Shown piece by piece: positions 13,031 through 25,655 of a DNA stretch of 64,000 bases (positions are counted from its first letter, which is position 1; each line of letters begins with the position of its first letter). The notes beneath the pieces were generated by a model. That model saw only the letters and a list, made by a program, of their open reading frames with translations. It had not been told where the DNA came from and did no database searches. The DNA is taken from assembly GCF_009914755.1 (NCBI RefSeq), contig NC_060927.1; one strand, given 5' to 3'. The position numbers were made by a program, and so were the translations under genes. Source of the DNA: the human T2T-CHM13v2.0 reference genome, Homo sapiens.

Positions 13031-13789
13031 GTGTGCTGGGGGTGGGGGGTGGGGGAGTGGGGATTACCCCCAGTAATTCTAAAAATGCCAAACATGTGGA
13101 TGGTTCCATACATCCCAGTGTTTGAAATTATGAACAGCAAACACCTTCCTGATTGACCAGATGTGTCTACACTTGACTACAGTAACTGTGATTCACAGAG
13201 CATAGTTTTTCACGGAGATGGTGCACAAGTTTCCAGAGCAGTTGGGAGAAACTTGGTCACTGCCACGTCAGTGGTCATTAATGATTTCCAGCTGCAGCAG
13301 GGCAAGGTTCTGCCTCTGCCGGTGGAAATGCTGAGTTAATAATAGGTAAAAAACATCTTTTTACCTAATCCGAATCTGGTTGTGAGATCTCAGTGGAAAT
13401 GGGCTCTATTCAGTTAAAGGCAGTTAAAGGGCCATTGCTTTCATGAGTCATGAATTGCTTTTAAATCTGGAACAAAGAATAGATAACATCTCCACATCCA
13501 AATGCTGGTCATGCTGGTGAAAGGTTTGGAATGTGGTTTCCCCAATCCCAAAGGCAATTAATTAGTGTTCATAGGAGACTCTCCCCTTAGGTGGTATAAA
13601 ACTCCAGATAAATTCTGGTTTTCCCCACAAAGCTAAAATCTCCAGGTAGGCCATATTAGTTTTGGCCATCTTCAGGCTTCTCTTTAATTCAGATGACTGC
13701 TGTAGCATCTCACCTGGAAATGTTGAAACAAATATCAAACGGCCAGGTTTGCCATCTCACACCATATACAAGTGCTAATCTTGGACAGG

Positions 13790-14050
13790 TAGGAAGGTAG
13801 AGTGGTTACAAATGCAAGCACCAAAGTCAGAATATCCATGTTTGAATCAGGCTCAGACAGTTATTTGTTATGAGTTTCAGGCAAGTGACTGAATTTATGC
13901 GAGCCTCAAGCACTCATCTATTGGGTGAGGGTAATAACGATATTTATCTCACATGAATGTAATAAGGATAAAATGAGATAACATATATCAACAGCACTTC
14001 ACTTAGTGCCTGGAATATAGCAAGTAATTGTTAAATGGTAGTGATTATCC
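13790..14050 (+). mobile_element. MIR SINE
   Basis: agtggtta...ggcaagtgact...taaaatgagataacatat...agtgcctgg. Confidence 0.7.
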
Positions 14051-14464
14051 TTATTTTAATTAAACTTTATTTATGATTATTTAAATTGCACCTTCGAAAA
14101 CATTTTTATTTATGAAACCTGACGATGGACTATTTCACTTGTTATTGTAATCCACAGAAGATAATTTTAGATGTTAAAGGGATATTACAGATACTATGAT
14201 TCAGTCTGCTCATTTTACAGAAATGAGAAAACTGAGGCACAGAAACGGGATCTGATACTCCTAGATTTATGCAGAATAGGTTCTAACATTCAGGTCTTCA
14301 GCATATAAGTACAGTCCTGATGTAGTGCAAAAGGAAAGAGCTTTGGACTTAGAACATCTAGGTTTGCTACTTAAATTTACAGATGTTTGACTTTATCATC
14401 TGCAAAATGAACATAAAAATAGCTAATCTGAATATTTTATAGCAAATGTTTGGAAGCACTTTGT

Positions 14465-14767
<303 letters not shown>

Positions 14768-16241
14768 AAGCACTTTGTAAACTGTAGAATGTTACACAAT
14801 TGCTACTTAATATTATGATTTCTTCTTTATTAAAAAAATGCAATGCAAACAAAGATTCTGAAACACACACATAAGCCTCAATAGGACCAGTCAAGATCCC
14901 TTTAGTTAGTTTTTCGTGGCCTAAGAAATAGATCAGGTTCAAGCAAGTGTGCCTTTCAACACTGGCCATTTGTTCTCTGCTCCACTTGGATGTTGATCCT
15001 TCCAAAAGCAGCACCTTGGACAGCAGCCAGGAAGGCTTCCTCTCCGAAGCCTTGTCATTCTGTCAGACCTCACCTTCAGGCACCTACAACATTCTGCATG
15101 CACTTTCTTCCTAATTGCAAGTTACTGTTGCCTTGCAATCTAACTTTTACAGTGAAACACAAACAGAAATTGCATTTCACCTCTATCCTTACATATTGCG
15201 GTGAAGGAGATGGATGGCCACATGGAATCAGGGTTTTCTTTGACCTTCCCTATTGGACCCGCATATACTGATTGACAGCCTGCCACATTCTCTAGAAAGC
15301 AAAAGTTTGCATTTTCATTTGGCCTGTCTACAAGTGAACGGTATACATTTCAGGACTTAGAAATATTCAGTGAATAAATTTATAATGATGAAGCATACAG
15401 CATACACGCTTGAGAATTTTGGGTAGCTTGGCAATGCCAGGATCAGAGTCATCAGTTCTAAAACCAAACAAAAAACTTTAAAATGTCAGTGTTAATTTTG
15501 GGTGACGGTATAAAAGGTGAAGAAGGGCACAGAATAAAACTGGAAATAATTAGTAAACCTAATTTAAAAGGGAAAAAGTTCACCAATTCGCCAATTTATA
15601 AACCCGCAAAGAAAGGACATAGGAAACAGGACAGGATAAACAAAATTTTAGAAGTTAAAAGTGCCTTAAAGGTGACCTCAGTATATAAGTGATTCTACTA
15701 AGAAGCATTAATTTGGTAATAGAATTTATCTTATGACATTATTATAAATCATTATTTGAGATGAATTTCTTTTTATGAGATGAATGTAGAACTAATAGGT
15801 ATTTGCTGAAAATGATGGCACTACTATAAATGCATAGGCCTATCTTATGCCAATCTATTTTATTTGCTCCTTAAACATAATTTCAAAATTATAAAGCATG
15901 GGTTGCTTATTATGAATGACTTGGTAAGGTACCAGGCCCCTAACTAGATGCCACTAAAAAAGCAATCTGACTCACAATTCTGTTTACATATTGCTCAATT
16001 AGTCTTTTCAATATGAACACGTTTTAAAAGTCACTGAACACCTGACTCAAATTTAGTCCCAATACACGGTATTTTTGCCCATTGCTAGAATTTTTTTTTA
16101 AAATTGCACCTTTGAAAATGCTTAAAGAGAGACTTTAGGAATACTCAAAGCTTGCAAAAGTGGAAGTGATGGCATGGATGGAGGCTTGGGGAAAGGGTAA
16201 AGATATTACAAACACAAGCCAATACACACATAACTTCTTAC

Positions 16242-16400
16242 CTTTTCAGCTCTTGATTTGCCTGGGTTTTGGAATCTTTTCTTTTTTTGGATTCCTTTTT
16301 GGTATCTTTTTTAGCTTCTGGTTCAGGTGGGGAGGGAGTTTTGCTCCCTTCAGGGTCTGTATTTGGTGGCAGCCCACTAAGGTACACATGCATTTGTTGA
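16242..16400 (-). CDS. CADPS: CADPS alternative cassette exon, 159 nt (or 135 nt from a second acceptor, exon start 16376): SQQMHVYLSGLPPNTDPEGSKTPSPPEPEAKKDTKKESKKRKDSKTQANQELK
   Basis: ccccctctccaaAG|TCAACAA...AAAAG|GTAAGA; phase 2/2, length divisible by 3, no stop, same frame as ORF 16238..16531; splicing-factor motifs on both sides. Confidence 0.78.
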
Positions 16401-18301
16401 CTTTGGAGAGGGGGTGGTCGCATGAGGCATGCACAGAGTGTGGCCAGCCATAGGAGAATCAAGAGCACACGCACATGCACAAACAAAAGAAAGAAAAAGA
16501 AGGGTGCATGAAAAAGCAGGCGCAAATGCATTCAAACTAAAATAATAAGAAAAAAAGATGCAAACTTGCATAAGGAAAATCAGAACTGAAAAGAAAATAA
16601 GAAATCCAAAACTGTTTCCATGACAAGATGTATAAACCTAACTGTGAATCAAGTGGCAGTCTTACAATATGAAATCCAGACAATGTGTATCATAATTCAT
16701 GATGATGTTTACCAGGGAGTTTACAAAAACACTTCATTATTTTATAACACTTTCTTATTCAGTAACATATGTAGAATACAGTGTGACAACCCAGAGAATA
16801 TAATGCAACTTCTCTCTCTCTCTCTCTCTTTAAAAAATTCAGTCCAAGAGGCTGTAACAGATAGTCATCAAAGTGTACATATTTATAAAAAGCAGAATTA
16901 TGCACAGATACCCCCCAGGTATCAGAGTTTTCATGAGTATCTTTTATGCAAATAAAAGGTCACGTGCTGGGCTAGCAAACCTCATAACAATGGGAGGTGA
17001 TGATAACCTTGTTGCCTGTTAAATATTCAAACCTATGATGCTATTGTTATCTAGCTCTAAATGTTGAAGTTGCATTTCGTAAAAATACATCAGTGCTAGA
17101 AGGAGGAAAAGCACAGAAAAAATCCTACAGAGATTTTAGTTGTATAGCTTGCAAAGATGAAGACGACTGACACAGTTCTGATTTAAAATAAATGTAGTCA
17201 ATTCTGGATTCTCCCACATGTGGATTTCTCCAGAGCAGCGACTTTTGCATCTGAGGCTGGGTTTCTGAAGCCACCTAGTGTTTCCTGGGTGTGGCTTCAC
17301 TGGCTGTTGGTTGGGGAGCTTTGGGATAATATAGGCTTGTCTTTATACTAATGCAAGGCTACATACATTGAGATAGTAAACTGGCTGTGGCAGTGTGGAA
17401 ATTTATTCCATGTCTCCAGAGCCAAATGGCAATGTTCTTAAATTATTTGCTGCTTTGCATTATTCAGAACATGGATCTTTTCCTCCAGGAGCTGGGCAAG
17501 GTCTAAAGAAAGAGAGTACTTAGTACAGAGTCAGGAGACTTGACGTTCTGGGCTTGTATATAAAACCTACAAAATGAGGGGGTTGATTAGACTGTGATCT
17601 CAAAAGTTCTTCCAGGCTCTATGGTTAAATTAAAAGTGTTATCATCATCTTTGCCTTCCAGCTTCACCTAGCTTGCTTCAGCTCTGGAAATGTACTTGGC
17701 TTCCTCCTTCTGCAGGACATTTGTACATGCTGTTCCTTTTGCCTGGAACCACTCAACTCCTACACATGCTTTAGTTCTCAGCTCCAGCATCACTTCCTCA
17801 GGGAGGTCCTCCTTGCCATCTTGCCATTCCATCTGAGTCATGTTTCTTTATTAAATTTTGTCATGGAATTTTATTCCCTTTCCTCAGAGTCAGAGCATCA
17901 ATCTGAATGTAACTCTGCCCTTGTTTGATGTCTGGCTTTTACTCACCACACATACTAAATGTGTATCAGAGTGACTGACACTAAGGAAGTAATTATTAAG
18001 CAATTATGAAATAAATAACAAAAACAAAGGCAAATATTTATTGTTTTTGCCATGTTTCAGGCACTATGTTGAGCCCTTTATAGGTACTTGCATTCTCTCA
18101 ACAACCCCAGGGGTATACAATCATCCCATTTTACAGAAGAGAAAACCGTGGCACAAAGGGCTTAATTACCAACCAGGGTTATTGCTAGTAAATGGAAGAA
18201 CTATGATTTGAACCTAGATTGGCCTAACTTCCGAGCTTGCCCTAGAAGCCCTGCTTGCCATTTATTTTAAGTTTCTTGAAAGGAGAAGAAAGTTAGTGCC
18301 C

Positions 18302-18303
<2 letters not shown>

Positions 18304-18337
<34 letters not shown>

Positions 18338-18341
18338 TGTG
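18304..18341. repeat. (TG)n microsatellite, read as (CA)n in the pre-mRNA, ~115 nt downstream of the exon 13 donor
   Basis: Direct reading. Confidence 0.95.
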
Positions 18342-18454
18342 CACATACCACCGAAGGAATGAAGACAGGCAGATCCTAAAAGCAAGACTAGCCATAAACC
18401 ATTGCCAGTGCCATTTCTTAAGGATCACCTCTAGACACACGAACACACACTTAC

Positions 18455-18642
18455 CTGTTCCCATGGACATGGGATGCACAGAAGGCAAAGCTGTAGTGAA
18501 GAAGGGTGGGGTCGATCATGGCGCCATTTTCTGCCCGTTCAAGCAAGTCTCTGAGGTAGCAGAGATGTCGGTGACACCCCCGGACTCCATTTCGGGCGCA
18601 ATACTCGTCTAGTACAAACACCTGGCCAGGACTGAACCAGCC
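18455..18642 (-). CDS. CADPS: CADPS coding exon (~exon 13, 188 nt): [62 protein letters not shown]
   Basis: ctttattctttatatAG|GGCTGG...AACAG|GTAAGT; 62x3+2 nt; CpG-rich coding texture. Confidence 0.97.
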
Positions 18643-21600
18643 CTATATAAAGAATAAAGGAGAGACTTTCTTTTAAATACAGGTTGTTTTCTGGAGAGCT
18701 GCTAGAGTTGGGAGTGGCTAGAGAAGGGGACTGAAAAATAGCCAGAGCTAACACTCCTTGATTGCCTATTATGTGCCAGCCACTGTGCACAGCATATTGC
18801 GGTTTAGTCCTCACAGTGGAACCTATGAGGTACATTCTGTTATCCCTGTTATAAAGATGGAAAGATTGAGTTCAAGAAGGGCATAAAATTTTCTAGTGAG
18901 TGATGGAGGGGGATTAGCAGACAGCTTGGTTCCAGAAACAGTGTCTCACCTACTGCTTGAACACGGAACCATACACGTTAAAGGAGTATTGGGGTGGGGA
19001 TGTGGCAAAGTCGTGGTTACTGATAAGAGGAAATCATAACATTAATGCTCTACATTGATATAGAGCTTTACACTTAACAGAGAACTTTCAGTTGAGCCCT
19101 ATAGCAACTCTGTAAGGTAGACAGAGAAGGTTTATTTTAAAGACAAGAAAATGGAAATCCTGGTCGTTAAGTGACTCACACAGATAATACAAAACAGAGG
19201 CAGGACTCAAATCCAGCTCTGTCATATTCCAAGTCTTCTTGTTTTCTCTACTCTAGAGCATGAAGAAATTTTAGGGTTGATCTACATACATGCCAGGACT
19301 TCATAAATCCTTTCACTTTGGAAAGAGTGTTTTTTAAATTTTTTAAATGAAGGTAATAACGCAACTCTCCAAAGAGAACAGCATGGCTTAGTTTTCAAGT
19401 TGTGAATCAGATGTAATTCCATTAAACTGAGAGGAACTTCTTGTGTCCTGGTTTAGAGTTTTATTTTCTCTTCTGGTAATTGTTTGTATTCTTATTATTT
19501 ATTTGCTTGCTATGGGACCAGTCCAAACTCTGCTATACAAGACAATGGGAATTCAGATCTGCAAATTAGAGCAGGTTTGGTGGCATGATGGGATGGAAAT
19601 TGCTAGCCCCATTACGCACTTAAGAAAACAGGTGCTCAGAAAGGCCAAGTGAGTTGCCACTCAAGGTCACCCTTAAGCAGAGCCTGAAATAAAATTGTGT
19701 TTTCTGGTTTCAGTGTCTGTTCAAAGCAAGAAATAAACCAATTTAGGTGATACTTTCTAAGCTGGAAATTTGGGGCTATTTTAAATATAAACTTAATTTT
19801 ACTTTGAGGGTCTTCTCTGAGTCATCTTTTGAATATTGCTCCATCTTGGGAGAGAAAAGGCAAAAAGAGAAAGTGACTAGGGGGCAGGTAGAGGCCACAG
19901 AAGTACAGCGAGAGAGGCCTTTGCAACACTCTAATCTTGTATTAGGGATCTGGGAATCTTCAATTGACAACATGCAGCTCAGTGATGCATCCAACGAAAG
20001 ACGGCATCTTTCCTGTTTCAAATTATAAGTTACTGCAGAGGGCGGAGAGTAGTCGAGGCAGTGGGCTGCCCCTATAGGCAACTTCTTTGCCACTCCATCT
20101 GCTACCCCAAATGCTAAATCTTAGAAACAACACTGCTGTGAAAGATTAAAATATATTTTCTACGACTCAGATGACACCAAGTCTTTTGTAGATGCCAAAA
20201 TAGCTGCTTTGAAAAGAGTTGAAGAAATATCAATTAGGAACTCAGTCGAAGACACAGAAAAATTTATGTATCCCTGCTGGTCGGTCTCCAAAACTAACTG
20301 AAAAAAAGATTGTAATAATGAGAAAATGGAATATACAGAGGCAGGAGATAAGGTCCTTTTTAATTTCTGTTATTTTCTGAAATTTTGGAATAATGACTAA
20401 TATACACAGGTATACAAATGGGGAAGGAAGCTATTTTATGCTATTCATAATTAATTTTAGATTCTGGACCATAATTTTAAGCCTATAAGTAATTAATGGA
20501 AAGCAAGTTTTAATATTTCATTTCTGGTTTAATTTTTTTAGAGAGCATTTATAAACTCTCCTTCACAGTGAATCTCAAAACAAAGAAAATTGTTTTAAAA
20601 AATGATAATGTGAAAAAGTCTTGGAAATAATATACCTCAAAAAAATTCCTTAAGGGAATAGTAATTATATATAAAAGGGAATGATTTAAGTTCAGAGGCA
20701 CATTCTTACAAGTTTAATGAATGCCATTTATAATTATGTGAACAATCACATAATTGTACAAAACACATTTGAGAAAAATTGCCTTGCAATGCAAGGTAAG
20801 CTTTTTTCTTTTTCTTTTTCTTTTTTTTTTTTTAAGTCAAAGTGATGTGTTCCTTTCCAATTTGGCAAAGTTCAGATCCTTTTGATGAAGGAATTCTAAA
20901 CCTGAGATAATCAATGAATCTTTCATGAGATACAGATTAATAAATTATTCCACATAATTCTGTTTCTGTGTTTAAGACTATTTTATCTACAATTTTTTAT
21001 ATCTTGGCTTTTGGTACAAAAAAAGAAATTTAAAATAAAAATTAGAAAAAAGAAAGATTGTCATTATACATATTAGTATCAATAATATGTTAACCCTACT
21101 TATTATATAGTATAAATATTACATAGAGATATTCTTCTCAACTTTAGTGTTTAGAATCAGGGATGAGAATTTTCCTCTATATAAAGACATTTCATCATTT
21201 TCCCTCATCTTTCCCATCTATAAAGTGGGATTAATAGCATTTACTTTTAAGAAATGAAATAACAATTTATGGCTTGAGGAAGAAGTAAATTGGGTCTTTT
21301 TTTAGGCGTTTGAATTTGATAGTTTAAAGCCAAAAATGTATCTTCAGAAATCCAGTAAAAATATAATAGCACTCCCTTGAATTTAAATCATTTAAATCTA
21401 GCTTTAAAATAGGATTTCAGGAAATATTGATACTCCTGCTGGATAGATAGCTGAATTTCCAAATAACTAAAGCACCATAAAAAATTCCCTGAAAGGGTGA
21501 AAAAATGCTGTGAATATTGTGAAGAAAAAAAAAAGCCATCCAAACAAACAAACAAACCCAAATCAATTTAGCTTATGAAAAATAAAGTTTATTTACAAAT

Positions 21601-22028
21601 CATTTTAACCTTTAAGAAAATACACAAAGAGAATACATTCATGTAATGAGATAGGATTACCAGATCTGGGATGGGGAGGGAAGGGCATCTTAAACTCTAA
21701 GCTACTGAGGCAATTTTTACAAGTTCTCCACAAGCAGGTGCCAAACTCGATTACCCTCTTGGGAATATTTCTCATGTAGCAGCTGAAAAGGGGGAAGCTA
21801 AGATAGGGAGGCTGGGGAATTGGATCTGTTTCTACTGATAACTTCCTCCCGCTCAGTCTTGTTTCTTTGGTAAGTAAAACTATCTCAACCCAGGAAATCG
21901 GGAACACATTTATAATTGTTAAAGGGATTCTGTAATGGAGAAAAGAGCTTCTGACATAAAGGTAGAGAAATATTTAAATGAAAAAAAATGTTATGTTTAA
22001 ATTGCTGTAGACCAAAGAATATACTTGC

Positions 22029-22165
22029 CAGGCAAGAATAGGAATCATTAAGTCTGTGATCCAAAGTAAGGCGTTGTACCATCTCAAAGAGGGAAGCGTG
22101 GTCAAAGTTACAGGGGTTGGAAGAGATAAATTCATCCATGCCATGTTTTTGAGCTCTATCTGCGT
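22029..22165 (-). CDS. CADPS: CADPS coding exon (~exon 12, 137 nt): (Y)[45 protein letters not shown]; GC donor
   Basis: aacAG|ACGCAGAT...TGCCTG|GCAAGT; 2+45x3 nt; the GC donor gives the phase 0 join to GWFSPGQ. Confidence 0.95.
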
Positions 22166-25100
22166 CTGTTCATTTATACATGTAGAGAGAGACACAATTT
22201 AGAGAAACACATCACATTTTCTTTGACATTTCAAATACACAGGAATTCACTAGACATTATGAACGTTAGCTGTTTCCCCGTTGCCTCCCACCAACATCCC
22301 CAAGATATTCTTTTTACCTCCCATTGTCAACTTGCATCACTTACTGGTGAGTTTATTGCATTTAGGCAAGAAGATATTGGCATCAACATGTTTATCAAAT
22401 GATCACATTTCCAGTGCATTTATGTTGTTCTTTAAAAACTAAGCATAAGACCGTAACTTCGCCTGCATTTCACCAAACACTGAAAGCAGATCGGATCTTT
22501 GCTTAAGATAGCCTATTTAGCTTTGCTGGTTTTTAATAGATTCTGCCATTCCAGTGGTTATGTCTACAGCAATTTCTCTGCAATTATTGGGATTATCTGG
22601 AAAAAGGGTTATGCTGATTTTCAGCAAAGTGACAATATTTATATCGTCTTCTTCCAAATCCCCATTGCCAATTTGGTTTCATAAAAGGTTTGAGTCCCCA
22701 CCCTGCAAAATTAAAAATAAAAAAAACGATTTTCATTGAAACCTGGAGATTAAGTTAAATGGGAATTTAGTTTGTGAAAATAAAGGACATTTCCTTATAG
22801 TGTGCTTACTCAGTTAGCAAAGCTTAGGAAAGAGACAAACAAATTTACTCAGCAAGGGCTATGATCTGCCATTTATTGTGAATTAATAGTCTCAATGTAT
22901 TCACACTTTTCCTTACGGGGTGAAGGCTGTAGGCAAAACCTCCTAAGGGCTAACTAATTAATCTCAACATGTGTAACTAAAATACACTATACTCAACAGG
23001 CAAAATAACTCAGAGAATTCAACTCGTGTGTGTCCAGGCAAATCCTAAAGAGGTAGAAATGAAGGTGCTCTCCATTAAAGAAATTGGCTCACTCCACCTC
23101 ATCTTTACTGACTCTCCTGATACGCAGACTATGGAGAAAAAGAATCTTCTATCAAATCTAGCAAAAGATTTTATTCATCCTTTTTCATGAAACATCTTAC
23201 TGGAATACGGGGACCTGCCAGGAACTAGCGATGCTGTCAGGACACGGGAAAAATCGATTTCTGACTTGGGAGTAGTTTGGATAACATTTTCATGTGTGGC
23301 CTCAGTCCCAGGCAGCTTTTTTTTTTTCCTCTCCCATGCTTGGGGTATGGCTGTAAGCTTGGGTTATGGTTAGCAGTGTCACTTCCAGATGATGATTTCT
23401 CCTATTATTATTGATATTGTATTAATAAATCATTCAAACCTAAATCCATGGTATTGTCAGATTTATACCTCCTTATTGTTTGACTTTTTTAAAAAAACGT
23501 TGTCATTTTTCATAGAAGCAGCAAGTGGTCCTTGTTTGAACGAGATGTGGCGTTTATGCCCAAGACTCGCAGAAGCAACGGTTTCCAGAAGGCAAGTTGA
23601 AGAATGTGTATTTTAACAGCCAAATCGCTCCATTAGAATAATAAAACACAGCTTTTGGAAAGGATATCACATGTGCAGGAATTATATTAGAGAATCTGAG
23701 AGAATCCTCCTTGCTGCATTAACTGCCTCAGATTTATCCTCAGGAAAGTGCTTTCAACTTGAGGTTGGCTGCTTCATCTAGGAGGCTTCTTTCAGTTCGG
23801 TTGTTTGGTCTCCAAACTACATTTCTTCTTTGACTTAGGATGGCCAGGAAGTTGTTGCTCCTGGGAAAGCTAGCTGCTTCTAGGGCATGTGTGTGACTCC
23901 TCTGGCCCAAGGCAAGTGTCTTAAACCTGCTCCAACTGTAGTCTCCCCTGGCATAATGACACTCCTGCAATCCAGGTGACATTTCTCTATCGCCTTTGAT
24001 AGACTCTGCCCTCTCACCTCCAACCTGTCAGTCCCAGATCAATTTAACTCAGGAGAAACTAAGCATGGGGTACACACGAATTGCTCATGCTGTTTCATCC
24101 TCATAAAAAGCCTCATCCATCCCTCGCCTCCCAATTTTAACAGATAGATCAGGCATTTTGGCTAGCAGCAGCTTCTTGCTCTCGGGTTTCTCAGAAAAGG
24201 CTGCAAACTGACAAACCGGCCGGGGCCTTACTCTGCCAGTTTGGCTTGGCTATTTTATTGCCTTCAATTATGATGGTACAACTGGTCATTTAGCTCAGAG
24301 AGAAGGGGGCTCTTTTGTAGCTGTTAAAAAAATATGGCACATGTTTCAAGTCTCTTTCTCTTTGTTTGTTTGTTGAAACTCTTGAAAACTTTGCTGATGA
24401 CCTATTTCACTTTGCTGGCCACTCAGGAAATGGATCTGAAAAGGCGACTTGGCTCCTTTATGGAGACCTGGATTCAGACCCACTCCCCACCCCTCAGTCC
24501 ATCACAATGGCTCAATGAATGCAGCTTTGTGGTGCTAATTCTAGTCGAAGTCTAAAGAACAATTTCATTTTTTACTAACGTTTTAAAGCAAGCTTACAGA
24601 AAAGCCTAAAATCAGCCTGCTTTCATTTTCAAAAAGTAACCTTGTCAAAATAAAACTTCCTTTTCCCTTCTTCCTTTCTTTCTTCTTTCTCCCCATCCAC
24701 TTGTAGCATGAGCCTAGGACTGGATCTAGGAGGTCTAGATTTTAGGTTGAGCTCTGTTTTTAAAAAACTGTAGGATGCTGGCTGAATTGTTTATCTCTGA
24801 GCATCAGTTGCCTTCTGTGTAAGAGGAGCTGAATTTTCAGTTCCCTTCCTGCCGTTATAGGCTGTAATTTAATGATCCTTAAGATCCCTTGCACACTATG
24901 TGTGGAATGGAGCTTAATGCAGTGGGAATTTCCAGCAAGTAAAGCGAGCCACCTCTGGATTTTACTTGCCCCAAATTATCATTTACTCAAAATTGGGCTC
25001 ATTATTCTAATGGTTCCCACAACTCAAGAGCGCTTACAAGGGTGGCTGGCTCCCACAAAATCTTTGAGTTTCATTGAGCTTATTATATTTACTGAGCTTA

Positions 25101-25404
25101 TTATGTTATAAAAAAAAAAAGAAGGAGGAGTAAGCCAGGAGTGCTGTTTCAAGGTGCTAATGAAAAAAATCTGATGTTTAAGCTCATCCAAGCAGGGGTT
25201 TCGGTATTTTTTGTTTGTGCTACATTCCCAGCCCTAGAATAGTACCTGGCACGTAGTAGGCACTAAGCACATATTAGTTAAAATCATAAGTTTATCTTCT
25301 CAGAATAAATACAGAAACTCACTCTATTAACAAATATTTTTCTTTCTTGATTTTATGGCATATTTATATACTACATTGATTGGAAACGGCTTATTTAATG
25401 GGAG

Positions 25405-25655
25405 CTAGCATAGCAAGTGGTTAAGTGGCTGGGCATAGGCAGGTCACAAACACTAGATTTGAGACTAGCTCTGCCACCACTAGGTATATGATATGAGGCA
25501 GGTTGCTTAATGCCTCTGGGCCTCCTTGGCCTCATTTGTAAAATGAAGTTAAATTCAAGTCCACCTTCAGAGGACTGTTGAGAGGATCTGAAGAGAAGTA
25601 CCTGGAAAGTACCTAGGGCCCTGGCATATATTAAGGGCTCAATAAACATTAGCTA
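25405..25655 (+). mobile_element. MIR SINE
   Basis: gtggttaag...gctctgccaccactag...cctcatttgtaaaatg...ctcaataaacattagcta. Confidence 0.8.
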
